This document shows positions 45,789 to 56,564 of a stretch of DNA of 64,000 nt, in pieces. Made by a program: the position numbers and the translations under genes. Origin of the DNA: Methanobacteriota archaeon (GTDB lineage Archaea > Thermoplasmatota > Thermoplasmata > UBA10834); contig DYTN01000003.1 of NCBI GenBank assembly GCA_020725925.1, positions 18,591 through 82,590 on the forward strand. Direction: 5' to 3'. Below the pieces are notes generated by a model. The model had not been told where the DNA came from and did not search any database. It worked only from the letters and a program-made list of their open reading frames with translations. The first letter of the stretch is position 1. Each line of letters starts with the position of its first letter.

Positions 45789-48257
45789 TCACTCGGCAGA
45801 GGGCAACCGGACCTTGAAGACCGAGCCCTGGGCATGGTTGCCCCTGATCCTGTCCTCGACCCAGACGCTGCCCCCGTATCTTCTGGCCAGGGTCTTCACA
45901 ATGTGCAGGCCCATGCCTGAGCCCTTCTTCTGAGGGGCCTTCGAGAACCTGTCGAAGATAACTGCCTTGATGTCGTCGGGGATGCCCCTGCCCCTGTCCG
46001 AGACTGACACAATGTGATATCTCGTGTCGTCCTCGAACACCTGCTCGACGCCGACGTCTATCAGCACCTTCTCGGAGCTGTCGTACTTCACCGCATTCGT
46101 GAGTATGTTGATGAACAGCTCCTTGATCAGTTCGTCCGCCTCTGTGAACCACGCTCCCTGCTTCAGCTCGTGGCTGACAGTGATCTTCCTTCCTGGGTAG
46201 TACTGGGACACGCACTTCACGCACTCGAGGAGCACGGCGCCCAGGTCCGTCTTTGTGAGCTCGACATCCCCGAAGGTCACCCTGGACATCGTCCGGACAT
46301 TGCTGGCCAGCCAGCTGGTGTTCATCACCTGCTCCCCCACCTTGTCGATGAGGGCGATGTTCTCGGGCTTGTCCAGCCTCATCCTGAGCAGGTCCAGGTA
46401 GCCCAGGATGGCCTGGTTGAAGTTCTTGATGTCGTGGGAGAGCACATCGGTGTACAGCTCGGCGTCCGCCCGGCTGTCTATGTGGTCCTGGAACATGCGG
46501 GCGTTCTCGATCGCGATGCCAGCCAGGCTCGCGAAGATCTCTATCACCTCCACCGTTTCGGGGTCGGGGACCCTGTCGTCCCTCGGTTTGAGTATCTCGA
46601 GATATGCGATGGGCACCCCCCGGTTGTCGAGTATTATGGTGTCCATCCAGTCGAGCTCGTGCCAGTGCCCCTTGCCAGTCCTGGGCTTCCTGAGCAGCTC
46701 GGGTTCAGGATAGTACGCGAGTTCTTCCGGCAGGAGGCTGTCCTGGCTCTCCGCAGGCATGTAGTATGTCATCCGGCCCATCTTGGTCCACCAGCGGACC
46801 TTCGTTCCCGGGGGCCGCCCTCCACCTGACTCGATTATGCCATCCACCTGGGGTATCGGGTAGGTGACCTGCTTGATCGCCTCCGTGGCCTTCGGGGTGT
46901 ACCCGAAGACCGCCTCCACCTTGTACGCGCCCTCGTCCTCGTGCTTGATGCCTATGACCATCCTCTTGATGCCCAGCAGCCTCGCCAGGGTCCTCAGCAG
47001 ATGGTCGAGCATCTGGTCCAGGTCCCTCACGTACATGATGCCCGTTGCAAGGTCGAGGATCCTCGAGAGCTGCTCGGTCCTCTGACTGCTTATCCTATGG
47101 GCCTGCTCCCTCTCGTGAGCGAGCCTAACGTTCTCGATGGCAACCTCCGCGAGCGAAGTGAATATCTCGACCGTCTCCAGAGTCTTCTTGTCCGGTATAT
47201 TGCCGTCCTTGGGCTCAGACGCGTAGATGACCCCGCCGACCCTCCCTGCCGCATCGTGGAGGGCGAACGCCAGGAAGTCCCCCCGGCGCATCTCGCCCTT
47301 TCGACGGGGTGGGAAGGAGGCGCGTTCCCGGGCTGTGGGCGGGGAGACAAAGTACTCCCAGCTCTTCGGGCTGACCTCCTCTGCAATGCTCAGGTAGGCC
47401 GTCTTGCCCAGCCGCCTGCTCTCCCTCAAGTCCTCCAGAACGACGTCAGTCGGTATCGCCCTCAGCTTCGCCCCTCTCGAAAGCTCCGCCGCGTATCCGA
47501 ACAGCGCCACCCACTTGAACACCCCCTCGGCCTCGTCGTGGACCACGAGGGTGACCTTCCCGAACCCGAACAGGGACGCCAGCGAGCTGAGTATCATTTC
47601 GGAGAGCTTGTTGAAGTCCCTCTCGGAGACTATCGAAGACGATATCGTCAGGACGTCCTCGAGGAGCTCCGTCCGCTCCAGGGCCGCCCTGGCCTCCGGC
47701 TGCGCCGGGGCCTGCCTGTCCCTCTCCCTGGCCAGGGCCATGGCCACCATCTGGACGAAGTCGTCTATGCCCTCGAGCGCCTCCTTGGACAGCAGCCTGC
47801 CGTCTTCCGAGTACTCGAGCTCGAGCCAGCCCAGGCGTTCCCCCGCGCAAGTCGTCAACGAGTACCTGTACGCGTCCGCCTCGTGCCATTCTTCAGGGCT
47901 CGTCCGGGGCTTCCGGGAATCCTCGGGCCGCCTATAGTACGACGGGTGTTCGATGAACGGGTCCTCTTGGATGATGCTGTACCACTCTTCCGCAGGGAGG
48001 TAGTAGCCGCAGCGCGAGACCTTCGTCCCCCTGGCGAAGATCCTCTCCGCGAGGTCCTTTGGGTGGTAGTCCGCGCTCAGGTTCTCGACGGCGCCCTTCG
48101 CGCGCTCACCGGGGAGGCCGTACACCGCCCAGCGGGGGGCCACCTGGAGGTCTTCCGCCGTGACCTCGAAAAGCATCTCGGCAATCCCGTAGATCTCGGC
48201 GATGTCCGTGAGCGCCTTCTCAAACACCTCCGCCAGAGGACGTTCCCTCAGCACCAT
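45789..48257 (-). CDS. Soluble multi-GAF-domain sensor histidine kinase. The start is uncertain; the track ORF extends to 48527.
   Basis: C-terminal HisKA (SHDIKNFNQAILGYLDLL) and HATPase_c (N-box NAVKY, DRGRGIP, GSGMGL) preceded by about 3 GAF-like modules. There are no TM segments. Confidence 0.8.
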   Translation of the reverse strand: MVLRERPLAEVFEKALTDIAEIYGIAEMLFEVTAEDLQVAPRWAVYGLPGERAKGAVENLSADYHPKDLAERIFARGTKVSRCGYYLPAEEWYSIIQEDPFIEHPSYYRRPEDSRKPRTSPEEWHEADAYRYSLTTCAGERLGWLELEYSEDGRLLSKEALEGIDDFVQMVAMALARERDRQAPAQPEARAALERTELLEDVLTISSSIVSERDFNKLSEMILSSLASLFGFGKVTLVVHDEAEGVFKWVALFGYAAELSRGAKLRAIPTDVVLEDLRESRRLGKTAYLSIAEEVSPKSWEYFVSPPTARERASFPPRRKGEMRRGDFLAFALHDAAGRVGGVIYASEPKDGNIPDKKTLETVEIFTSLAEVAIENVRLAHEREQAHRISSQRTEQLSRILDLATGIMYVRDLDQMLDHLLRTLARLLGIKRMVIGIKHEDEGAYKVEAVFGYTPKATEAIKQVTYPIPQVDGIIESGGGRPPGTKVRWWTKMGRMTYYMPAESQDSLLPEELAYYPEPELLRKPRTGKGHWHELDWMDTIILDNRGVPIAYLEILKPRDDRVPDPETVEVIEIFASLAGIAIENARMFQDHIDSRADAELYTDVLSHDIKNFNQAILGYLDLLRMRLDKPENIALIDKVGEQVMNTSWLASNVRTMSRVTFGDVELTKTDLGAVLLECVKCVSQYYPGRKITVSHELKQGAWFTEADELIKELFINILTNAVKYDSSEKVLIDVGVEQVFEDDTRYHIVSVSDRGRGIPDDIKAVIFDRFSKAPQKKGSGMGLHIVKTLARRYGGSVWVEDRIRGNHAQGSVFKVRLPSAE

Positions 48258-48571
48258 CGCCGCGAGCGCCCCGAGCCTCTCGCTGACCACGCGAGCTCGT
48301 TTCTCCGGATCGTCCGGAAGGGGTGCCCTCGCACCGATTGGGGGAATGACCAGGGCTCCACCCGAGGCTTCCTTGACTGTCGCACGATCACCTGGTACGG
48401 GATTTCGGCCGCTGCTTTTGAGATTGGCTTTTCGGATATTTAATATGCGAGAGGCGGTGCTCAGCCAGCATCGCGAGGGGTTGGTTTCTGGACCCTGCCC
48501 ACCCAATCTGCGCCCAGTTCTGCGCAATTCTTAATAAGGGTGCGGCCCTTCATTCGCTGAAGAGAGCAGGG

Positions 48572-49066
48572 GTGCTGGATTTGAAGGACATCAAGGAGAT
48601 CCTGGCGACGGCAATAGAGTTCGAGCGGTTCGGGAGCGAGTACTACACGCGCTTCATGGAGCTTGTCAAGGACCCGAAGGCCAAGCCGTTGATGAAGGGC
48701 CTCGCGCACGACGAGAAGGAGCACGCACACCTCCTGGAGATAGAGCTCAGGAACCTGGGGGGGAAGGTCAAGAGGCCCTCGAAGAAGGATCTCGACAAGG
48801 GCATTGCCGAGCTGTTCCCGGAGAGGATGCACAAGAACTCGCTCGCGACCAAGGACGCTATCGCTGCCATCAAGCTCGGGATACGCACCGAGGACAGGTC
48901 CATAGAGTACTACTCCCGGTACTCGGAGCACGCGAGCCCGCACATCAAGAAGGTGTTCACGAAGCTCGCGAAGATGGAGCGCGGGCACAAGGAGATGCTC
49001 GAGGAGAACCTGCACTACCTGCAGGACGACGGCGCATGGTACGGGTACCTGCCCATACTCGACTGA
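48572..49066 (+). CDS. Ferritin-like/rubrerythrin-family diiron protein
   Basis: Two ExxH-containing helix pairs (EFERFGSEYY...DEKEHAHLL; EDRSIEYY...MERGHKEML). Confidence 0.6.
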   Translation: MLDLKDIKEILATAIEFERFGSEYYTRFMELVKDPKAKPLMKGLAHDEKEHAHLLEIELRNLGGKVKRPSKKDLDKGIAELFPERMHKNSLATKDAIAAIKLGIRTEDRSIEYYSRYSEHASPHIKKVFTKLAKMERGHKEMLEENLHYLQDDGAWYGYLPILD

Positions 49067-49143
49067 TCGCGCCCGACCCGCGACCCCGATGCCAACCTTT
49101 TTTAGATGGCCGTGGCATCCAGCCAACCCGGGAGCAGGTTCTT

Positions 49144-50409
49144 TTGGCCAAGGTCGTCCCGTTCGAGGGCTTGCACTACAACACGGAGCGGTTCGGCAGG
49201 GACCTCACGAGGTTCGTGGCCCCCCCGTACGACGTCATCGACCCGCCCATGGAGAAGAAGCTCAAGGCGGACATGCTGAACATCACGCACATCACCCTGG
49301 GGAACGAGTCCGATGCCTACACGGTCGCATCCAGGCGGCTCCAGAGATGGCTCGACGACTGCGTTCTGGTCAGGGACCAAGGCCAGAGCTACTACATCTA
49401 CGAGCAGACCTTCAGCGGCCCCGACGGCAACCCAAGGGTGCGCTCCGGGGTCATAGGCTTGGTCAAGCTGGAGGACTTCTCCAAGGGCATCGTCCTGCCC
49501 CATGAGAAGACCATCCCCAGGCACATGGCGGACAGGCTGGAGCTGATAGGCGCCGTCGAGGGGAACGTGGAGCAGATATTCCTGCTGTACGACGACCCGT
49601 CCGAGCAGATAGAATCGATCATCCTCGAGACGAGGAAGCGGGAGGAGATACTCAGGTTCGTGGACCCCGAGGGGGTCCACCACAGGATACTGCGCATCTC
49701 GGACCCGGAGACGGTCGAGCGCATATCCGGCGTATTCGGCCAGGTCAAGCTTCTGATAGCTGACGGCCACCACAGGTACGAGACCTCCCTGGAATTCAGG
49801 GACCGTATGAGGGCGAAGGACGGCTCCGAGGAGGGCTCCATGCCGTACGACTACATCCTCGCCACGCTCATCACCTTCAGGAACCCCGGGTTGGTGGTGT
49901 ATCCGACCCACAGGCTGGTGCAGAGAGTGGACGAGGGGAAGCTCGAGAAGCTTCCCAAGGCTCTGGAGCACGACTTCGACCTGAAGCAGCTGAAAGGGCC
50001 CGAAGAGCTAGCCAAGGCGGTCGACGCATCTGACAAGAAGGCGTTCGGGATGTGGATACCATCGTCCGGGACCTTGATCCTGGCCACGCCGAAGGGCCAG
50101 GGACCCCCCAGGAACCCGGTGGAGGACCTGCCTGTCTGGATAGTCCAGGAGCGCGTCCTGAAGAAGCTCCTGGGGTACACCGCCGAGATGGTCGATACGA
50201 AGGTCGACATCGAGTACGTGAAGGGCACCGAGACCACGAAGGTGGCGATGGCCACCGGGGAGTACCAGGCCTGCTTCTTCGTCAAGCCCCCGACCGTGCA
50301 GCAGGTGATGACGGTCGCGGAGACCGGCCAGAAGATGCCCCACAAGTCGACCTATTTCTTCCCCAAGATCTGGTCGGGCACGCTCCTGTACCTGTTCAGG
50401 ACTGCGTAG
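49144..50409 (+). CDS. DUF1015 family protein
   Basis: Conserved IADGHHRY block and DUF1015-like length. TTG start assumed; the track ORF (49036) overlaps the upstream gene. Confidence 0.65.
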   Translation: MAKVVPFEGLHYNTERFGRDLTRFVAPPYDVIDPPMEKKLKADMLNITHITLGNESDAYTVASRRLQRWLDDCVLVRDQGQSYYIYEQTFSGPDGNPRVRSGVIGLVKLEDFSKGIVLPHEKTIPRHMADRLELIGAVEGNVEQIFLLYDDPSEQIESIILETRKREEILRFVDPEGVHHRILRISDPETVERISGVFGQVKLLIADGHHRYETSLEFRDRMRAKDGSEEGSMPYDYILATLITFRNPGLVVYPTHRLVQRVDEGKLEKLPKALEHDFDLKQLKGPEELAKAVDASDKKAFGMWIPSSGTLILATPKGQGPPRNPVEDLPVWIVQERVLKKLLGYTAEMVDTKVDIEYVKGTETTKVAMATGEYQACFFVKPPTVQQVMTVAETGQKMPHKSTYFFPKIWSGTLLYLFRTA

Positions 50410-50422
50410 TCGGGCAGAGCCA

Positions 50423-52117
50423 GTGAAGCGGTATATACGGGGATTCCCATACGCCGCCCGAGGGGACCACTTGACATTCGACATCGGCGTTCTCGGCGGC
50501 CGCGTGGTAGACGGCGCAGGAAACCCTTGGTACTTGGGCGACATCGGCGTCAAGGGAAAGAGGATAGCGGAGATCGGGAGCATACGCAGGGGCGAGTGCA
50601 GGCGCGCCATAGACGCGCGGGGGACATACGTGTGCCCCGGGTTCGTAGACATACATACGCACTCAGACATAACCGCGATAGTGTATCCCGGGTGCGACAG
50701 CACGCTCAGGCAGGGCGTCACCACCCATCTGATCGGCAACTGCGGCTCGTCCGCGGCCCCCATAAGGGAGCCGTACGTGGAGACCTGGAAGAACTACTGG
50801 GGAGAGTGGGCGGGGCACGCGGATGTCTGGAACTGGAGGACATTCGACCAGTACCTGACTGTCCTGGAGAGGCGGGGCGTCGGGCACAACATAGCCGCCC
50901 TCGTCGGCCACGGTGCGGTCCGGACAGCTGTCCTGGGAGCCGCGAGGAGGGCGCCGAAACCCCAAGAGCTCGGGGAGATGAAGGACCTGGTCGAGGAGGC
51001 CATGGTCGCCGGGGCGTTCGGCCTGTCCACCGGTCTGGTATATCCCCCCGGGAGCTTCGCGAAGACCCGGGAGATAGTCGAACTGTGCAAGGTCGTCGCG
51101 AGGTACGGCGGGATGTACACGTCACATATACGTGGGGAGCGGGAGACCATCCTCGATGCAATCAGGGAGGCGATCCTGATCGGCGAGAAGACCGGGATGC
51201 GGGTGCAGATCTCGCACAACTGCCCCAAGATCGGCGCCTGGGGCCGGACGCAGGAGACCCTCGGACTAGTTGAGGAGGCCAGGAGGAGAGGGCTCGACGT
51301 GACGGTCGACAACGACGTCCACACCGACCTGGCGCCCGCGCTCAGGAGCGCCCTCCCGCAGTATCTGCACGAGCTGACGAAGGAGGAGCTGCTCGAGCAC
51401 CTCAGGTCCGAGGAGAACAGGCGGCGCATACGACAGGAGATAGTCGAGGACAAGCTCCCGGCGTTCGGGCCGGCGGGCCTACTGAGACACGGCCTGTTCG
51501 ACAGGATAGTCCTGATGCACTGCCCGGGGCGGAGAGACCTCGAGGGCAAGACGATCGCCCAGGTGGCGAAGGCGCGGGGAGAGGACCCGTTCGAGACGTA
51601 CTTCGACCTGATCGTGGACGAGGGTGACGATGTCATAGCCATATTCGACTACATCAGCGAGGAGGACATCAGGAGGCTCCTTGTGCACCCGCTCGTGATG
51701 GTGTCCTCGGACTGCTCGACCTGGTCAGAGAAGGGCCCGCTCGCGACCCCGCCGCCGTACTTCCCCTGCGCGTTCGGGGAGTACCCGGGCATATTCGAGC
51801 GGTACGTCAGGGACGAGCCGGTACTGACCATCGAGGAGGCGGTGCGGAAGATGACTAGCTTCCCCGCGCAGAAGATAGGTCTCTTCGACCGCGGGCTGCT
51901 GAGGCCGGGGCTGGCCGCAGACATCACCGTGATCGACCTGGCCAGGATCAAGGACAGAGCGACCAATGGATGGCCTCACTCGCATCCGTTCAAGAACTAC
52001 CCCCACAGGTACCCTGAGGGGGTGCCGTACGTGATCGTGAACGGTAAGGTGGCTGTGGACAAGGGCAGGCAGGCCAAGGTCCTCGCAGGGGAAGTGCTGA
52101 GGCACAGGCAGAAGTGA
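50423..52117 (+). CDS. N-acyl-D-amino-acid deacylase (D-aminoacylase) family amidohydrolase
   Basis: N-terminal beta-sandwich (GGRVVDGAGNPWYLGDIGVKGKRIAEIG), the metal motif VCPGFVDIHTHSD, and a 560-aa length. Confidence 0.8.
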   Translation: MKRYIRGFPYAARGDHLTFDIGVLGGRVVDGAGNPWYLGDIGVKGKRIAEIGSIRRGECRRAIDARGTYVCPGFVDIHTHSDITAIVYPGCDSTLRQGVTTHLIGNCGSSAAPIREPYVETWKNYWGEWAGHADVWNWRTFDQYLTVLERRGVGHNIAALVGHGAVRTAVLGAARRAPKPQELGEMKDLVEEAMVAGAFGLSTGLVYPPGSFAKTREIVELCKVVARYGGMYTSHIRGERETILDAIREAILIGEKTGMRVQISHNCPKIGAWGRTQETLGLVEEARRRGLDVTVDNDVHTDLAPALRSALPQYLHELTKEELLEHLRSEENRRRIRQEIVEDKLPAFGPAGLLRHGLFDRIVLMHCPGRRDLEGKTIAQVAKARGEDPFETYFDLIVDEGDDVIAIFDYISEEDIRRLLVHPLVMVSSDCSTWSEKGPLATPPPYFPCAFGEYPGIFERYVRDEPVLTIEEAVRKMTSFPAQKIGLFDRGLLRPGLAADITVIDLARIKDRATNGWPHSHPFKNYPHRYPEGVPYVIVNGKVAVDKGRQAKVLAGEVLRHRQK

Positions 52118-52121
52118 GAGC

Positions 52122-53195
52122 TCAGAGCTCGTACTTCCTAAGTTCTCCCTGGCAGGGGTTGCCGTAGCACACCCAGGCCGCCCTGTTGGTCAGGTCGAAC
52201 ACGACTGAGAAGATCGACTGCGTCTGCTCCTCCTCATCGAGGGCTGGGTCGGCATGCCGGCATATGGATTCGGGGTACCCGACATGGTCCGAGAGGATCC
52301 GCTTGAAGGTCGAGACCTCGACCTTCCCGAGCTCCTTCTTGAAGAGCTTGGTCGCCCTGTTGTACCTTACGATGGATGAGAACCGAGTGTGCAAGTTCTC
52401 CTCGAACCTCCACATCTTCGGGGACAGGTAGTGGTTCGTGTGCACGAGCCACCCGTTCTCGGCATACAGGGCTTCGAAGGCCGTCGCCGACCCTTCCATG
52501 CTGTATATCTCCCCGTTCGAGTCAGTCACGATGTTGTTGAAGCTGTGGCCCCTTCCCTCTGGCATGGATGCCTTGAGGGCCTGATAGATGCCCGACTCCG
52601 CCAGGACCTTCCTGCAGGGGACTATCTTGGGTATCCCGACCCTGGTGTCGTTCGGGACGAGGGCGTTCCCTGTTAGGCAGATGCCCGCGGCGTTCATGCC
52701 CGCGGTAGGCCAGATGCCGCCGTAGTTCATGCCCAGGTAGCCGGGCTCGTCCTTTGGCCGGATCCGAGCGATTGCGATGTCGAAGATGTTGTACGGGCTC
52801 ACATCCTCGTTGTGTGCCGCGAGCACGCAGTCGTCCTTGGTCCACTCAGCGTTCACCACGATGTCCGTGCACCCCCTCCCCCGGCCACGGTCAGAGAGGT
52901 CGCACGACATCGCATAGACCATGTCGAGCTTGATCCCCGTCCCCGCGGCATAGCCTTCGAGCTCCTCCATGTAGCCCGGGTAGAACTGCCTGGTCGCGGG
53001 CATGCTCCTCCTGGCATATGCGACCGCCTTCTCGAGGCCGAACTCCGGCGACCTGAACCACGACCGGAAGCGCTTCTCGGACCTGAGGGCCATGTCCCTG
53101 CACTGCTTGCCAATCGACCGGCCAATCTCGAAATGGCTCCCGGACGCCGAGACTTCCCTGAAAGCGCCTGGGGCGCCCTTCCTAGGCATCTGCAT
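52122..53195 (-). CDS. Peptidase C45 / acyl-CoA:6-APA acyltransferase-family Ntn-hydrolase
   Basis: RGRG-CT autoproteolytic site (Gly-Cys nucleophile) and a family-typical beta-sandwich. The start is uncertain; the track ORF extends to 53357. Confidence 0.65.
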   Translation of the reverse strand: MQMPRKGAPGAFREVSASGSHFEIGRSIGKQCRDMALRSEKRFRSWFRSPEFGLEKAVAYARRSMPATRQFYPGYMEELEGYAAGTGIKLDMVYAMSCDLSDRGRGRGCTDIVVNAEWTKDDCVLAAHNEDVSPYNIFDIAIARIRPKDEPGYLGMNYGGIWPTAGMNAAGICLTGNALVPNDTRVGIPKIVPCRKVLAESGIYQALKASMPEGRGHSFNNIVTDSNGEIYSMEGSATAFEALYAENGWLVHTNHYLSPKMWRFEENLHTRFSSIVRYNRATKLFKKELGKVEVSTFKRILSDHVGYPESICRHADPALDEEEQTQSIFSVVFDLTNRAAWVCYGNPCQGELRKYEL

Positions 53196-53310
53196 CCACC
53201 TGCTCGAGGCTTCGGGCAACCTGATAACGGTACGACGAGAAAAGACTAGCGATTGCCGTCCCCACAGGGGCGAGCAAGATTTATGACCGGCCTCGCCTGT
53301 CCACCGGACC

Positions 53311-53505
53311 ATGCCCAAGGTGGAGCTCGAGTACAGGTGCAGGAAGTGCAAGAACATCTATCCCGCGACAGCAACCTTCACGGGCAGGATCGAGGATCTA
53401 GACATGGACGAGAACCAGTCCCGGTGTCCCTTCTGCGGCGAGTGGAACTGCGCGGACCCGAAGTCGGTCGAGCAGATCATCAAGGACGCAAAGAGGAAGG
53501 GCTGA
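53311..53505 (+). CDS. Small zinc-ribbon protein (64 aa)
   Basis: CRKC...CPFCGEWNC, i.e. two CxxC pairs. It has its own ATG and good coding GC3. Confidence 0.45.
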   Translation: MPKVELEYRCRKCKNIYPATATFTGRIEDLDMDENQSRCPFCGEWNCADPKSVEQIIKDAKRKG

Positions 53506-53727
53506 CGACAGGATCTGAGGGCACTTCGGAGTCGACCGGTCGGACATGCCCCGCCGTGACAAGGTCTTGCACGCGCAAATCGGGCCAGCCAGATGCCTCG
53601 GAATGGCCAGTGTTGGTCGCAAACACGTCTTCGGAAAAGCTATATATCATATAGGCCTCTCTAGAGGCCCGTAGGGGGTCTGCAGAGGGGAGAGTTTAGC
53701 AGACCATATACTTAAAGGAGGATTCGA

Positions 53728-56319
53728 ATGGAAGCAGGTAAGGAACCTGAGAAAGAGCCAGCTCCAGAGACGCTCCCTACGGAGGTCAAGGAGGAGCGGC
53801 CGAAGAAGACCATGCTTCTGGCTGTGATCGTGGCGGTCGTCGTAGTGGTCGCCGCAATAGCTGCTGCGTGGGGTCTCGGCCTGTTTGGCGGGGAAGAGGA
53901 GAACTTGCCGCCAACCGCTGGAGCCAGGGCATTGACACCAACGTCCATCGACATAGGTGGATACGTGGTGATTGAGTCTACGGCGACCGACCCTGACGGG
54001 ACCATCGAGTTATACGAGTGGTTCTTCGGGGACGGTACGAATGCCAGCGGGGCCACACTGAGCACTGTCAACCACACGTTCGAGTACGGAGGGTCGTACC
54101 TGGTCCTGCTCAAGGTGACTGACGACGTGGGAGATTCCGCCACGAACGCGGCCAACATGGTCCGCGTCACCGTCAAGTACTACGAGCCACCGGAAGACCC
54201 CGCGGATTGGGACAACGACACCGCACCGCTCGCGCTGCTTGCGTCAGATGCTGACGTTGTCGAGCCTGGGACGGTCGTCAACTTCAACATGACCGGCTCG
54301 TTCGGCATCAAGTGGCAGTGGATCAACGAGAGCAACCACTCGGAGGGTTCGGAGTTCGTGGGCAGCTGGGAGTACATCTCCTCGATGAAGCTCACGCCAG
54401 GCGAAGGGTCAGCTGACAAGACCGTCACGCCTGCTGAGTACATGACATCGTCCCACAACTACACGACTTCTGGTCACTATGCGTCCAAGCTCAATGTCAC
54501 GGGCGACAACGGCGCATACACGATCGTCATGAGGACCATCCACGTGCTGGAGCCCGAGGTCACGCCCCCAGGGGCGATAAAGAACCCCGACGCGTTCATA
54601 GAGGTCACGATCGGTGAGCCTGACTACCTCGACCCGGCAGTCGACTACGAGACTGCGGGCGGCGAGGTCATCATGAACACCTACGAGAACCTCGTATGGT
54701 ACCAGAGGGACAGCGTCGAGGTCCTTGTCCCGTGGCTGGCGACGGCCGTGCCAACGGTGGCGAACGGCGGCATCTCGACCGACGGCATGAACTACACGTT
54801 CAACCTCAGGTCGGGTGTCAAGTTCCACGACAACACGACCATGGACGCGGACGACGTCGAGTTCTCCATCGAGAGGGTTCTGAGGATACACGACCCGGAC
54901 GGGCCGTCATGGATGCTGGAGCAGATCATGAACGACTACCTACAGTACTATGTCGGCGGGCCGCTTTGGGACTTCAAGAACGACTCCTACGGAGTGCAGT
55001 GGGTCTTTGACGCGATCGGCGGGACGGACAACTTCTACGAGATAACCGAGCTGGATGTCCAGAACGTCAGCGAGGCCGCGGTGGTGAAGGTGGACAGCGA
55101 CACAGTCACCTTCAAGCTGACGCACCCGTACCCAGGGTTCTTGCAGATCGCTGCGTACACGGTGATGTGCATCCTCAGCAAGGACTTCGTGACGGCCCAC
55201 GGTGGCGTCGTCAACGCTGAGCACAACGCGTACATGGACGAGCACACCATGGGCACAGGTCCGTACAAGCTCGTGACGTGGGAGAAGGGCTCGAGGATAC
55301 ACCTGACGAGATGGGACGGATACTGGGGCACCAAGCCCGCGCTGAAGGACGTCTACATCGTGAAGGCCAACGATGTGAACACGAGGATCCTGATGCTGCA
55401 GGCTGGCGACGCAGACTCCGGCTACATCCCGATCGAGTACGAGTCCCTGTTCACGGGTGACGAGTTCGACATCACGAAGGGTCTGGCGACGTTCAACATC
55501 GACTTCGTCGGGTTCAACTTTAACATCAACACGACGGCTGCAGCGGCTTGGGGCAGCAACGTGCCTGCGGACTTCTTCACCGATGTCAACGTCAGGATGG
55601 CGTTCGTGCACATGATGGACTCCGAGGGGTTCATAGACACCTACCTCAAGGGCAACGCGATAGTGCCCAACGGGCCGATTCCGAAGGGCATGTTCGGGTA
55701 CAACGCCTCAGCGCCGACGTACGACTACGACCTGGTGAAGGCGAGATCGTACCTTGAGAACGCTACCAACGTAGGTACGGGCACCTCGTGGTGGGAGAGC
55801 GGGTTCGAGATTGCATTCCTCTTCAACGCGGGCAACCTCGCGAGGGAGACGGCGTGCAAGTACCTCAAGGACGCCCTGGAGTCGCTGAACTCCGTTACGG
55901 GAGGGCTGGCGCACGGCACCTTTGCCGCGACGGTCAACGCGCTCGACTGGCCTTCGTACCTGGCCGCAGTCAGGAGCTCACCAGGCCCGCTGCCGGTGTT
56001 CTTCCTCGGCTGGGCGCCCGACTACGCCGACCCGGACGACTACGCGAACCCGTTCATGTACTCGCACGGCTCGTTCCCGCTCAGGACCGGATATGCGAAC
56101 GACACGATGGACGACCTGGTGCTGGCGGCGGCCGAGGAGCTCGACACGGACACGAGGGAGGATCTCTACCATCAGATCATCACCTTGTGCTACGAGCAGG
56201 CACCGTACATCTGGTTGGCGCAGGCCAACAACTTCCACATCGAGAGGACGTGGGTGAACGGGTACTACTTCAACCCGATGTACGCTGGGTTCTACTTCGC
56301 GTCGTTCAGCAAGGGATGA
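53728..56319 (+). CDS. ABC transporter substrate-binding protein (family 5, oligopeptide/dipeptide/nickel) with N-terminal TM anchor and PKD domain
   Basis: TM anchor (MLLAVIVAVVVVVAAIAAAWGL), PKD module (YEWFFGDGTNASG), then an SBP_bac_5 core (GEPDYLDPAVDYETAGGEVIMNTYENLVWY...). Many NxS/T sequons. Confidence 0.85.
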   Translation: MEAGKEPEKEPAPETLPTEVKEERPKKTMLLAVIVAVVVVVAAIAAAWGLGLFGGEEENLPPTAGARALTPTSIDIGGYVVIESTATDPDGTIELYEWFFGDGTNASGATLSTVNHTFEYGGSYLVLLKVTDDVGDSATNAANMVRVTVKYYEPPEDPADWDNDTAPLALLASDADVVEPGTVVNFNMTGSFGIKWQWINESNHSEGSEFVGSWEYISSMKLTPGEGSADKTVTPAEYMTSSHNYTTSGHYASKLNVTGDNGAYTIVMRTIHVLEPEVTPPGAIKNPDAFIEVTIGEPDYLDPAVDYETAGGEVIMNTYENLVWYQRDSVEVLVPWLATAVPTVANGGISTDGMNYTFNLRSGVKFHDNTTMDADDVEFSIERVLRIHDPDGPSWMLEQIMNDYLQYYVGGPLWDFKNDSYGVQWVFDAIGGTDNFYEITELDVQNVSEAAVVKVDSDTVTFKLTHPYPGFLQIAAYTVMCILSKDFVTAHGGVVNAEHNAYMDEHTMGTGPYKLVTWEKGSRIHLTRWDGYWGTKPALKDVYIVKANDVNTRILMLQAGDADSGYIPIEYESLFTGDEFDITKGLATFNIDFVGFNFNINTTAAAAWGSNVPADFFTDVNVRMAFVHMMDSEGFIDTYLKGNAIVPNGPIPKGMFGYNASAPTYDYDLVKARSYLENATNVGTGTSWWESGFEIAFLFNAGNLARETACKYLKDALESLNSVTGGLAHGTFAATVNALDWPSYLAAVRSSPGPLPVFFLGWAPDYADPDDYANPFMYSHGSFPLRTGYANDTMDDLVLAAAEELDTDTREDLYHQIITLCYEQAPYIWLAQANNFHIERTWVNGYYFNPMYAGFYFASFSKG

Positions 56320-56564
56320 GCTGGGACAGGTAGCGGAACCGCGAAAACCCCTTCACGAAACCTCTTCCATTTCCATGATTTTCGATGACTGGGCGGCGCA
56401 TCGCTCGCCCGCGCCTTGCTCGACGCAATCTGGCTCAGCTACCAAACAGAGGTCTGGGGGAAAAGGTAGAAATACACCGAACCCGTGTATCGAAACCACC
56501 AGAAGACCTACCCAACAGGTGATGCCAGCTGCAGCTCCTTACGTACATAATCAGGCGTCTGCTT

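Noticed and set aside
46941-48443. 500-aa plus-strand ORF inside the histidine-kinase gene region
   Set aside because: It is antisense to a kinase gene that carries complete HisKA/HATPase motifs. Its composition is Arg/Pro/Leu-rich and junk-like.
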